Of a stretch of DNA of 64,000 bases, positions 1-12,835 are shown in pieces. Under the pieces are notes generated by a model. The model worked only from the letters and a program-made list of their open reading frames with translations, did not search any database and was not told the origin of the DNA. Origin of the DNA: Azolla caroliniana (taxonomy: Eukaryota > Plantae > Polypodiophyta). Made by a program: the position numbers and the translations under genes. The stretch covers positions 20,894,001 through 20,958,000 of the forward strand of contig JBHGNT010000001.1 in NCBI GenBank assembly GCA_043228905.1, written 5' to 3'. Within the stretch, counting starts at the first letter, position 1. The number at the start of each line of letters is the position of its first letter.

Positions 1-458
1 CGGCAGGCCGGTGAGCGACAAATCTCCTACGCCTATGCACACGCACACGCACACGGAAGAGCGAGATGGAGACTCTGCCGGAAGCACTCGAGCATTCTGC
101 GGAGTAGAGAAAACTTGCACAGAGCAAATACAGAGAAAGACGGAGGAGAAGAGCTTGGTCCTAGTCTGACAGTACTTCGTCCTCGACAAAAAGCGATCCC
201 CTTTTTTCCTTCCTCTCCCTCTCATTTATAGCCCAAGGAGGGAGGCCGTTACAACTTGTTACATCATATTTCTTCTTTGTCCTTTCAGACAGAGATATGC
301 CTCGATTTCCTACCTATCAAATCCGCACGACCTAGGATATTCACATCAGCCGACTTGTACCTAAATACGTACATTACAACAAACTTGTGCCCGTGTGTAA
401 GGGCCGGTTCGTGCACATCATTCTCGGATTCTGCCTAGGGACGGTTTTCTCCACGACA
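1..458 (-). repeat. 3' LTR of Gypsy A (runs off the window)
   Basis: Begins TG directly after the PPT. TATAAAT on the minus strand at about 224-230. Confidence 0.8.
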
Positions 459-3400
459 TCCGCCCCCACCTAACCGTGCATCCACCGGTATGCGCCAAAA
501 TAGACTCTTGCTAGAGAAGACCGGTCTACGCTTACCCTTTGTCCTCCGGATCGCCATTCACTCCAAACCCATCGTCCTCGCTATCCAAGACATCCAGGTC
601 CAGTTCATCCTCGTGCCGCTTTTTGAACACTTTGATCCTTTTCCCAGCCACCGGTACCGCCATCCTCATCCCGTCAAGCTCTGCGAGATGGTAGGTCCTG
701 TTGTCATTGGCGCTTGTCACCACGTAAGGCCTGAACCACCTCCTTGCAAACTTCCGCATCGCCTTGTGCTGGTCATATACTAGAACCCAGTCGCCTTCCT
801 CGATTTTCTTCGGCCTCAGTCGGTGAGTCTAGTCGAATTGTCCCCTGTTGTTTACCCTAGCGGCCCGCAGCTTTCCCACGGCTCGTTCCACATCCTCCGG
901 TCTTCGCTCGAGCTGTCGGATCCGCGCCGCTACCAGCTCCTCCTGGCTCATCTCGTCTCTCCAATCCACCATGGCCCATGAGGAGATCATTCGCTCCATT
1001 GGCATGACCGGCTTCTACCCATACATCAGCTCCGTCAGCATGAACCCGGTTACTGAACTGTGCATAGTTCGGTCGGCCCACAATGCATAGGGTAAGAGCC
1101 ACGACCAGTTTCCGACTTGGCCTCCACATGCCCGCACTAACGCTTTGACGATCAGCCCGTGTTTGTGTTCCACCTTCCCGTTCGGCTCTGTATTGTACAC
1201 CGTGGTGAGCGAGAGTTTAACCCCTAGCCAATCAAACAACTCTTCAGCCTCTTGTGCGTCCAGTTCTCAGCAGTCGACTACGATCTTTCCTACGCACCCG
1301 TACCGGCATACCACATCTTCGATCAGAAATCGGCACACGACCACGGTCGTTTTGTTTGGCAACGCTCGACCTTCCACCTAGTTCGTCAGGTCCTCTCGAG
1401 CCAGCACCAGATATCACATCTGCCCCACCCCCATTGGCATCGTCACCAGATCCACCATCCACTTGAAGTGGATGGTCGGAGGGTAGGTCGGGTGGAGCTC
1501 ATCCCGATGTCGGACTATGGAGTGCATATGACAACTTTCTCAAGCCGTCACGAACTGATGCACGTCCCGGTATAGTCCCGACTACCAGTACTTCCCCTCT
1601 TAGAGCTTCTCGAATGTGGCCCATGTCCCGCGGTGTCCGGCCCAAGGACTCTTGTGGTACGTTGTCATCAGTTCCACTTGTTCCTCTTTCTTCGCCACAA
1701 CCCGGAGTGGGATGTCGTTTCTCTTCTTTGGGTGCTTCCATATGCACCCATCCCATAGGAAGAATCGGTACGCTTTCATCCGAATCCGGTTGGTCTCTTC
1801 CTTCGTCTACGCCACGTCCGGTGTCATTGTCTTCAGGAACCCGCCGATTTGGAGCCACTCCCCGTCATACTTGCTCTCGTCGAACTCGTTAAGCGCCGGA
1901 GTGCTCCCCTTCCTTGTTGTTACGTAAGCCGTCTCGAAGAAGTCCACGCCGACTTCTTCGTCCTCCAAAACCATGCCGTCCTCATCATCAAATCTCGCCC
2001 TCGAAAGCATGTCGGCCATGGCGTTGTCTTTTCCGGAAATGTGTTGTATTTCCGGATTCAGGGACTTGATGTATGCTATCCACCTTAGCATTGCCAGGTC
2101 TGGCGTCGCGCATCCGGAAACCATACCAAGAATCGGCAGGCAGTCCGTCTCAATTATCACCTCCGTCCCGATCAGGTAGTCTTTGTCAGCCTTCACTGCC
2201 GAAATGATACCCCAGAGTTCGTGTTTAACCTGGGCATACCCTCGTTGTTGTTCACTGAGGACTTTCGTGCCGAACCGGATGGGGAACCTCATGCCATTCT
2301 CATCCTCTTGGTTGATCACCCATCCGATTCCGGTCGGACTCATGTCTACGGTCACGTAAATCGGAATGTCTTTACCGTAGACCGCTTTCCGGAGTGCTGG
2401 TGCCGCAGCAAGTGCTTCTTTCATTTTCCGGACCGACTCTGTATGCTCCTCTCTCCACTCGAATTTACGCCCTTTCTTCAGCAATCCATAGAGCGGCTCC
2501 GCGACATGAGCGTAATGCGGGATCCAGATATGGTAGAATGCGCATGCTCCCAAGAATCTCCGGACTTCCGTGACCGAATTGCAGTCGCGCGCTTCATCGT
2601 GGAGATGGCCTCTACCTTGGCCGGCGACGGTTTCCAACCGAATGGCCCGCATAGGTGTCCGACGACCATGATCTCTGATTGCCTGAAGGCTGATTTTTCC
2701 CCGGAGAAGATGAGCCTTGCACCCCCTAGTCTTTGCAGCACCTTCTCGCAGTCATTGACGTGGTCCGCCATGAATTTCCGGCATCCGTCTGGTCTGATTG
2801 TCTCATCCTTATCTTTCACCGGGCATCCTTTGATCGGGATGTCGTCTAAGAATGGCATGGTGATGTCCGGGATACAATCCCTTAGCACTTTGTTCATTGC
2901 GTTCACCATGTGGGCTACTGAGTTCGTCCCCCCTTGCAGAAGGGTACACATCCGTACTAGGCCGAGAGGAGTCCACATCGTCGTAATGTCCCTGCTCTCC
3001 ACGGCTAGGTGGACCTGATCGTATCCCGAGTACAAATCACCGACCGAGTAAATTGACCTTCCGGCGAAGGCCTCCGCGAACTCGTCTATGGTCGGTCCGA
3101 TTCCTGCATTCCGAATGGTCACCTTGTTGACCGGCTGTAGGTCCTGAATGAAACGCAACGTGTCGTTCTTCTTGGGCACGGTAAACTACCGATTAGAATA
3201 CAGGGCACTCGACGGTTCGAGGATGCCCATATCAACCTTCTGTTTCAGCAACTCCATCAACTTCGGGATGTGAGCTCTGGGTACTAGAATCAGTTTGAGA
3301 TTCCACAGTACAGTGGTACCGTGAAGATCACCATTGGTTCCACAATCGTCGGGTCTATGCACCCGATCTCCTCCGGCAAAAATGCGAAGGCCTCTCCGTG

Positions 3401-3720
3401 CCTCTCGAGCATTCTCCGAAACTAGTCCTCCTCCGCCAGTAGTAGAAAGCCACCCCCACCGACCTTGAGCTCTCGTAGCGTTGTGTCGGTGAATCGGTGT
3501 CCTATGCCAGCTGGATCTCATAAACTCGGGTCTGACGCGACCCCCTTCAGCCGTAACTCGCTGCCCTCCTCCGGCAAGGGTGTCGCGACTGGCCTCACCT
3601 TCCGGTCCATAGTCTTGTACTTCGTATCCACTCGAGTCGTCCGATCGGACTCGAGTCCTCTACCGAAGTCAGCAATGACTTCGTACATTTCCATTGAACC
3701 AACCGGAACTGCCCGGTCTC
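1..3720 (-). mobile_element. Ty3/Gypsy element A (non-chromovirus), 5'-truncated, decayed RT-RH-INT plus 3' LTR
   Basis: RT fragments (YSVGDLYSGYDQ, PFLDD; 2478-3179), RNase H (1807-2652) and integrase (532-1600) in Gypsy order. The PPT GGTGGGGGCGGA (459-470) is followed by the LTR start TGTCGTG at 458. Confidence 0.92.
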
Positions 3721-6542
3721 CTGATTTGTCCCATCTCTGTGGGATATCTCACAGTTTTGTTTTTCTCTTCTTCTTCTCAAACTTCACAATCACATAACTT
3801 GACACTAAGTTATCCATTTCACATGTAGTAAAATGCATTCGGAAGCTCTTGAAAACATCCATCTTTTCGTACGAAGGTATAAAATAATATCTTCATTATT
3901 ATTGTTTCATATTGTGTGTGAAGAACCACACTCGGTTTTGTATATTCCATGCAATTTTCACACCTTAGCCGAAAATCTTCACGACATCCACCCCCACCAA
4001 ACTGCATGTCCTCCAGTACGTGCCAAGAAGAGAGAGTGCGAGATTTCAGCTACAGTGATTAATCGGATTCCTCCATGTCCTCGTTCACATAACTCAAGTA
4101 TGTAGGTTCAGTCCTACTAGCTTCATCCTTGAGATGATTGAGGAGGTCAGGATCCTCGTCTTGTCTTTTCTTGAAAATCTTTACTCTTTTTACCACAATG
4201 GGTATGGCCAACCTTGATCCGTCTAGCTCCGCAAGGTGGTATGTGGCATTGTCGTTGGCCCTTATCAGCACATACAGTCTGAACCATTTTCTTGCGAACT
4301 TTCTTGTTGTCCTGTGTTGATTGTCAAGGCTGCTATCGTAAACCAATACCCAATCTCCTTCTTTGATCTTCTTGGGACGCAATCGATGTGTCCTGTCGAA
4401 CCGAATCTTGTTCTTCACTGGCGCTGCCTCCATCATCTTTCGCGCTTTTTCTAAATCTTCAGGCCTTCTTTAAAGCTGCCTTATCCATGCCACTAATAAT
4501 TCTTCTCGGCTCATCTTGTTCTCCCATGGTATCGCTACCCATGAGGCGATCGTCCTTTCAATGGGCATTACCGGCTTCTGTCCATACAAAAGCTCTATCG
4601 GCATATACCCTATCACTAAACTGTGTGTAGTTATGTCAGCCCACAAGGCATAGAGCAATAGTCATGCCCAGTTCCCAACTCTACCGTTGCATGCCCGTAC
4701 GATGGCTTTGACAATTGGTCCATGCCCTCGCTCGATCTTCCCATTTGCTTCTAGATTGTAGGCAGTTGTGAGGGAGAGCTTCACGCCTAGTCGATTGAAG
4801 AGCTCCGTTGCTTTGCGTGCATCCAACTCCCCTCGATTAGCCACTATCTTTCCCACACATCCGTATCAACAGACAACCTCTTCCAGTAGAAATTTGCAAA
4901 CAGCTGACATCGTCTTATTTGCCAAGGCCCGTCCTTCCACTTGATTTGTCAGGTCTTCTCTTGCCAGTACTAAGTACTGCATTTGTCCCACTCCCATTGG
5001 CATTGAGACCATATCCACCATTCATTTGAAGTGTATGGTGAGCGGGTATGTCGGTCGTAACTCATCACGATGACGTATGTTCGAATGTACTTGGCAGGTT
5101 TCGCATGTGGACACGAAATGGAGTACTTCTTTGTACATGCTTGGCCACCAATACTTTTCCTTCAACTTTTTGAACGTCGCCGAAGTTCCTCTATGACCCG
5201 CCCAAGGACTCTCGTGGAATTCGGTCATTAGCGTCACTTGCTCTTCTTTCTTCACCACCACTCGGCGTGGCATTCCTGTCCTTTTTGGGTGTCGCCAAAG
5301 GAATCCTCCCTTTAGGAAGTATTGGTAAGCTTTCTTCCGGATTGGTAGAGCCTCCTCTTTCGTCAACGAAGCATCCACCGACATTGTTCTTAAGAATTTG
5401 CCGATCAGTAACCACTCTCCTTCGTACTTGTCCTCGTTGAAGGTATGGAGGGTTAGCATGTCCTTGTCTTCCATCAATAGTCGGGCCATCTTGAAGAAGT
5501 CGAGGATGACGTCTTCAACTTCCACAACCATGTCACTTTCATTCTCAAATCTTGCCCTTGACAGCATGTCAACTGTGGCATTCTTCTTCCATGCAACGTG
5601 GCGGATCTCTGGGTTTAAAGACTTCATATAGGCGATCCACCTTAGCATTGCTTGATCTGGTGTCGCACATCCTGAGATCATCCCGAGGATTGGGAGACGA
5701 TCGTGTCTGACGCTTGTCCTTTTTTGTTGGGTAGTACTAGTTTACATGCGCCACTAGGTGTGACACATGTTGCTTCTCCTTGCAATCCACGCGCTCTACT
5801 TTCTTGTGGGAACTTGTGATTTCTCAGACTATTTGTGCCCCATGCTTCAATAGTCCTCTCTAAAAATACAAAGCATCTTCTCCGAGACAATCCTGATTCT
5901 TTTCATGGTTGGCATGTACAGTCAAGAATTGTACGGCCTTCTTCCCATCAAGAATCCTTACTCGAGTAAATGTCGCACCATTGTCGAACACCATTGTTTC
6001 CATTCGTGATGATGTTATGTACAGTTGCCCAAGAATGATGGGATGGGACACTGAGTCTTGAACAAAAAAATGTTGTTCTATCTCGACATAACCAATCGTG
6101 ATGGGGATGTTAGGACATGCCCCATACAAGTCTTTGGTAGCTTTCGTAGCAGCATGGATCTTCCACCCATGATTCGTATTTATGGGACATCTTCCCTTCT
6201 TGTAGACCTCAGTTGACATAAGGTTGATTTCGGATCCATGGTCTATTAACGCTACGACTGTCTCTTTTCTTTCCCCCAACTTTACTGGCGTCTCCATCGT
6301 TGCTCGCGCCCAATGAGGCCGAGTATAATGGTTGTCCACCATATCTTCCTCAACTTCATCTCTTGCCATCATTGTGGCATTCTCTTTTGCTTTTAGTGGC
6401 CTCTCTTCTTCTTCGTTCGACTATTGCCTTTTTCTCTTTAAAAGGTCCACAATCGTATCATGGAACTCCTTCTTCGTAATGCCGAGCAATTCCCTCAAGG
6501 ACAAGGTCACGTGACTATCAAGAACATGTTCCTCGATGATTC
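3721..6542 (-). mobile_element. Gypsy element B (same family as element E), RT deleted, both ends truncated
   Basis: Gag end and protease (IDHGSEIN; 5860-6372) join at about 5695 directly to late RNase H/integrase (4059-5681). PPT at 3987-3998. The partial LTR at about 3725-3986 aligns with 29850-30135. Confidence 0.9.
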
Positions 6543-6958
6543 TGACATGATAGTGTATTGAGAAAGAAGGAAAGAAGGAAAGAAGGAGATCAATTTGTTA
6601 TGGATGAACAATTGGGGGTAAAGATATGGGGAAGTTGATGAGATAGGGAGATCGAGAAGTTGATGACAATGAGTAACAATATCTATTCCATGATTGGTGT
6701 TGATCTCCTTGATGTTAACAAGGGAGATCAACCCTTTTTATACATGTAGTGATGCATGATAAGCATGCTTATGCCAAGTCTTAAATACTATAATATCAAG
6801 CATACTAATTCTTGCATGCCAAGTCTTACATACCGAGTCTTACATATTGAGTCTTACATATTGAGTCTTACATATTGAGTCTTACATATTGAGTCTTACA
6901 TACTGGGTCTTACATACTTAGTCTTACATACTAGGTCTTACATACCACTCGTTATACA
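6543..6958. repeat. LTR-like segment interrupting Gypsy B
   Basis: Starts TG where gag homology stops and has a possible CA end at 6958. It has a purine-rich arm, a TATA-like motif and an internal tandem array. No TSD found. Confidence 0.4.
6822..6946 (+). repeat. 14-bp tandem repeat (GTCTTACATATTGA), about 9 copies
   Basis: Directly visible array. Confidence 0.9.
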
Positions 6959-7798
6959 AAGGTTTGAAGTCTAAAGTTTGTCTAGGAGAAATATATATAT
7001 AAGGGCCTAAGGTTCACATTCGAGTCGATGTTCATGACAGTCATTTACTTCACAAATTTTGTAGGGGAGCTCTCAAAATGAAGAAGAGGAGAGCATTGTG
7101 GATACCTTCATAACTATGTGATATGTTCAAATTTATATATTAATGTTTACATCTAAATTTGATAGTTTTGACAATTTATGAATATCATCTACATTTTAGG
7201 AGTTATGGATTTATCAAAATTGTTTATGAATATTGTATACATTTCTTGAGTTGTGAATGTATGCATGTTAATGAGCACTAAATTTATAGATGATGGCATT
7301 AAGGATTGCAATGTTACCTCTTATACTTAAAACATTTTCAAGTCCAACAATAGATGTAACTTCCACTTCTGGAACCTACATCTTCTCAAGATGGTGAAAC
7401 CACTAATTTTAACTTGTGCCTTATGTTAACCATTGTGATTTTCTTTAAGTTAACTACATTTCATATTTGCAAACCATCAACATTTAAACATTTATTGAAA
7501 ACTATTCAATTTTAGAAATTATCATTTTGAAACTTGTTAAATCTCAAAAAATTAGCAAATTTTACATGTTATTTAAAACATGTGATACTTGTGTATCAAG
7601 TTTCTGAAAATCGCCTAAAATCGCAATATTATAAAAGGAATCTATAAGTGGAATCCGTGATCCTTCCACTTGTGAACACGAACGTGTTCTATTCTCGGCC
7701 GACTGGGAGGCCAACCCTATCTTCTCCATCTCCCAGTTGGTAATTGTCTTTTCTTCCCTGAAGAGGATATCTTGGCTTCTAATCACCTTCTTGTCGAT

Positions 7799-10700
7799 TC
7801 TTGGGAATTTGGTCCCTCCGGATGGGATCCAGATGAGAACTAGACGAGCCGGATGAAGAAACCGGATTTGGAAGGGTTTCGGATGACACCCGGAAACCGG
7901 ATCGAGGGAATCTAGATGGATTCGGTGCAAACTGGATCCAAAGACATATTTGTAAATATGTTAGAGTAAGCTCATTGAGGCTATATTTGTAAATAGCCCT
8001 AAAATCATATGACTTAGGGCAATCACTTTGAGTGAGGTGATTATTGTGTTGTTGTCAATTGTTGTTGAGACCATATTGTATAGAGAGCGATAGAGAGAGA
8101 GTGTGTGAGATACAGAGCGATACTCTGTTGTAACCGCTGCTTGGCGAAGATACAGAGCTCGAGGTCGTTGCCTCTGAGTCTCTGATTGTACCTTTCTCAT
8201 ATAGTGATAGTTTGGAGTCTGTGGGGTCAGAGCATACAAGGGAATGGAAGAATCATTCAGCGGCATGTTCAAGCTCACCGGCTCCAACTACCCAGTGTGG
8301 AAGTCGAAGATGAGGGACATGCTCGTGGTCAAAGATCTCTGGCTGCAGGTACAGTTCGAGGACAAGAAACCAGACAAGATCGATGCCTTGACATGGGAGG
8401 TGATGCACATGAAGACAACAAAGTACATCCGGCGCTTCATCGACATGAGCCTATACAGTAACTTCAATGAAGAAAGTAAAGCTCATGAGCCTATACCGGC
8501 ACTATGCTGGAGAGTTAAAACACCGTAAATGGGGTTTCAGTATTCCGGAAGTTAGTGAGACTTTGGTACCAGGACGGATCGAGCATGGTGGCGCACATGA
8601 ACACATTTCAAGGGCTCATAAACCAAACAACTTTGCTTGAAGTACCTCTGGCCGACGAGGTACTTGCATTGCTCTTGCTCGGTTCCCTCCTGGATAGTTG
8701 GGAGACGTTAGTTGTCACTTTGGGCAATGTCGGGCTGGAAGGAAAGAAGTTTTCCCTAGCAAGGGTGAAATCGAGCTTGCTAGATGAAGAAGCCCGTCGG
8801 AAAGACCGGGAGTCCGGATCCGATCCGAAGGCCTTGGTCACGGAAGATGACCATAACCGGGGAAGAGGCCGGTATCGGAGTCCCCAAAACCGGGACAAAT
8901 TGGGGACGAGCTCGAAGTCAAGGGGGAGGCCTACTTGCTTCTATTGTGGGAAGCCAGTGCACTTCCGGAAAAACTGTTGGAATTTCCGGAAAGATAAGGG
9001 AACTGACAATGCCGATTTGAAGAAGGGTTTGGACCGGAACGGTTCGAACTAGAGAGGTTAGGACCGGAATGGAACGTCCGCGATCGCGACAAGTGAAGAA
9101 GAACTGATGCTCCTTACTGGTGAGAATGAGCTAAACCTTGTCGGCGACGAGACAATGTGGGTTGTTGATTCCGGAGCATCGTTCCATCTGACAACGAACT
9201 GGAAATGATTCTCATCCTACATAGCCGGAGATCATGGTTGTGTCCGGATGGGGAATGAAGGTACATGCCGAATTGTTGGCATAGGAGATGTGACGTTAAC
9301 GAAATCAACCGTATGCAAATTTCTGCCAAAAGAAGTTCGACACGTTCCGGAGGTTCGGTTGAACCTGATATCAGTCGGTCGGCTAGATGATGAAGGCTAC
9401 ACGAGTAGCATCTGGAACGGAGTCATGAAATTCAGCAAAGGAAGCCTGATCATGGCTCGAGCCCGGAAGAGCAACACATTGTAGCTTATGCATGCCCAGA
9501 TATGCCGGGAAGAAGTGAATGTAGCATCTGACACTACCGGTGAGCTATGGCACAAGAGACTTTGTCATATGAGCCAGAAGGGGATGAGAAGACTTGCCGA
9601 AGACAACCTCATTCTGGAGGTGAAAGACGTGCATCTTGAGAAATGCACCAATTGTTTGGCCAGCAGGCAAAACCGAACCTCCTTCCAATCGAGACCACCG
9701 ATGAGATGGAATGCACCACTGGAGCTAGTGCATACAGATGTGTGTCAAGTCGACACGAAGTCACATGCGGGATCGCAGTACTTCGTGACGTTCATAGATG
9801 ACCACAGCAGGAAGTTGTGGGTCTCACCGTTGAAGACAAAGGATCAAGTGATGTCCAGCTTCAAGGAACTCCACGCGAGAGTGGAAAGAGAAAGAAACAG
9901 GAATCTGAAGGCGGTTTGAGTAGATAACGAAGGAGAATATGAGGGGTAGTTCGAGCAGTACTACCGGTCGAAGGGAATCCGGCTCGAATTCACCGTGCCG
10001 AAGATGCCGAACGGATGAACCGGACCATAATGGAGAGAGTCTGAAGCATGTTGGCACATGCAAAGCTACCCAATACGTTTTGGGCTGAGGCACTGATGAC
10101 GACGACGTATGTGATAAATAGGTCACCCTCAACACCCTTGGACGGAGACACACCACAAAGAGTATGGACCGGTAAAGATGTGTCTTATCAGGATCTAAAG
10201 GGGTTCGAGTGTCTTGCATGTTGCGAAAGACAAGAGAGCAAAGTTGGATCCAAAGTCCCGGCCAGGCATATTCCTCAGATATGGCGAAGACGAGTTTGGC
10301 TACCGAGTGTGGGACTTGGTCGACAAGAAGGTTTTCCGGAGTCGGGACATTATCTTCATGGAGGATAAGACCATTGCCGACTGGGAGATAATGAATTCCG
10401 GGTCGATAGGCAAAGATCAGCTGAAGGAGCTGAGGGCCCATCCGGCCAGAAGCCGGATGACACTCAAAGAACCGGGCGGATTCGGAGCAAAAACCGAACC
10501 GATCGAAGAAGAAGAAGAGGAAGTTGAAACCGGAACCGGTCAAGACCCCAAAACGGATTTGGATGAAGAACAAACGGAGGAACCGGTTGCCGAAAACCAA
10601 GGATGGAGGTACGCTCTAAGAGAGAGGAGAGCCCCCCGGATATTTCCAGATATAGAGGATGTGTTGCTAAGCGATGAGGGGGAGCCGGAAAGCTTCGAAG

Positions 10701-12835
10701 AAGCAAAGAGAGACACCCACAACCGCAAGTGGTTGAGTGCCATGCATGATGAGATGGATTCTTTGCATGAGAACCACACATATGAACTAACGGAGTTGCC
10801 GAAAGGGAAGAGAGAACTCCGGAACAAGTGGGTGTACAAACTTAAACCAGGTGATGTTGGAAACCCGCCGAGATACAAAGCCTGAATTGTAGTGAAGGGT
10901 TTCCAGCAGAAGAAGGGAGTGCACTTCGATGAGATTTTTGCCCCGGTAGTTAAGATGACTTCCATCCAGATGATGTTGAGTATAGCGGCAAGCATGGACC
11001 TTGAGGTAGAGTAACTAGACATCAAGACGACATTCCTCCATGGTGACCTCGAAGAGGAGATCTACATGCATCAACCAGAAGGATTTGTGAAGAAAGGGAA
11101 GGGGCACCTGGTGTGAAAGTTGAGGAAGAGCCTATACAGATTGAAGCAAGCCCCCGACAATGGTACCAGAAGTTCGATTCCTTCATGACTGAGCAAGGGT
11201 ACCACAAGACGCGGGTTGATTGTTGCGTGTTTGTGAAGAAATTCGACGGAGGAGATTTCATGATACTCCTTTATGTGGATGATATGCTGAGAATCGGACG
11301 AGACCAAGTCAAGATACAGATGCTGGAGAAGGCTCTGAACCGGACCTTCTCAATGAAAGACTTGGGTCTGGCAAGACAGATATTGGGAATGCACATCATC
11401 TAGGACCGGTTGAAGACAAAGGTACTCCAATGGCTCAACATGTTGGAGGCGAAACCGGCCGGATGGACACTCCTGGAAAACTCCAAATTGTCTGAAAAGC
11501 AAAGCCCGAAGACAAAGGCAGAGAAGGCGGATATGATGAAGATACCATATGCCTCTGCCATCGGAAGATTAATGTACGCAATGGTGTGCACCCGGCCGAA
11601 TATTGCATATGTTGTCGGAGTAGTCAGCCGGTTCATGAGCAATCCGGGAAGAGAGCACTGGAATGCGGTCAAGTGGATACTCCGGTATCTGAAAGGCACA
11701 TTGAGTATGTGCCTCCGGTTTGGCCTCGGTAAACCCCAACTTCACGAATTCACGGATTCAGATATGTCGACTGATGCGGATACGAGCCGGTCTACATCCG
11801 GATATGTCATGACTTATGCAGGGGGAGCCGTATCGTGGCAGTCGAGGCTACAGAAGTTCGTAGCACTATCGACAATGGAAGCAGAGTACATGGAAGTTGT
11901 GGAAGCCGACAAGGAAGTAATCTGGATGAAGGACTTCCTCGGAGAGCTAGGGATCCGACAGGAGGAATACTTGCTCTACTGCGACAGTCAAAGTGCCATC
12001 CACCTTGCAAAGAATGTGGCCTACCATTCCCGAACGAAGCACATCCAGAGGAGATATCACTAGCTCCAGGAGAAGGTAGAAGATCGAGACTTCATGTTGA
12101 TGAAGATCCACATGAAGGGGAACAGATCGGATATGCTAACCAAGTTGCTTTCAACTGACAAGTTGGACGCGTGCTGAAGACGGATCGGATTAACGAGAAA
12201 TCCCATGCCGGAGTGAAGTGGGAGTTTGTTGGGAATTTGGTCCCTCCGAATGGGATCCGGATGAGAAATGGAGGAGCCAGATCGGACAAGCTGGATGAAG
12301 GAACCGGATCTGGAAGGCTTCCAGATGAGACCCGAAAACCGGGTCGAGGGAATCCGAATGGATCCGGTGCAAACCGGATCCAAGGACATATTTGTAAATA
12401 TGTTAGAGTAAGCCCATTAAGGCTATATGTGTTAATAGCCCTAAAGTCATATGACTTAGGGCAATCACTTTGAGTGAGGTGATTATTGTGTTGTTGTCAA
12501 TTGTTGTTGAGACCATATTGTATAGAGAGCGACAAAGAGAGAGTGAGATACAGAGCAATACTCTGTTGTAACCGCCGCTTGGCGAAGATACAAAGCTCGA
12601 GGTCATTGTCTCTGAGTCTCTGATTGTACCTTTCTCATATAGTGATAGTTTGGAGTCTATGGGCTCCTGTGGTTTTTCCCTATTTAGGGTTTTCCACGTA
12701 AACATCTTGTGTTCGCTATCGTTGTTTGTGTGTGTATGTGCGTTCACTCCCTACTTCCCATTTCTATGTTTGATGAACATTGAAGAGATTCAAGACTCGG
12801 TTGTAGCCGAGCAATATTCCATGCTATTTCCTTTA
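7799..12835 (+). mobile_element. Ty1/Copia element D (Tork/Tnt1-like), near full length, pseudogenised
   Basis: TSD TCGAT (7794-7798 and 12836-12840). LTRs at 7799-~8227 and 12227-12835. PPT at 12211-12224. Gag with CCHC (CFYCGKPVHFRKNC), protease, INT, RT (YVDD) and RNase H (TKHI) in Copia order. Confidence 0.95.
8244..12200 (+). pseudogene. gag-pol of Copia D with multiple stops and frameshifts
   Basis: ORF fragments 8244-8528, 8555-9052, 9248-9919, 10048-10885 and 11113-12063 carry Copia domain motifs. Confidence 0.9.

Noticed and set aside
6822-6946. CRISPR or telomeric repeat
   Set aside because: A simple 14-bp tandem with no spacers, and it is not TTTAGGG.
6960-7639. Possible 3' end of a DNA transposon or a gene fragment with AT-rich introns
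   Set aside because: There are splice-like sites but no recognisable protein motif, TIR partner or TSD in the window.
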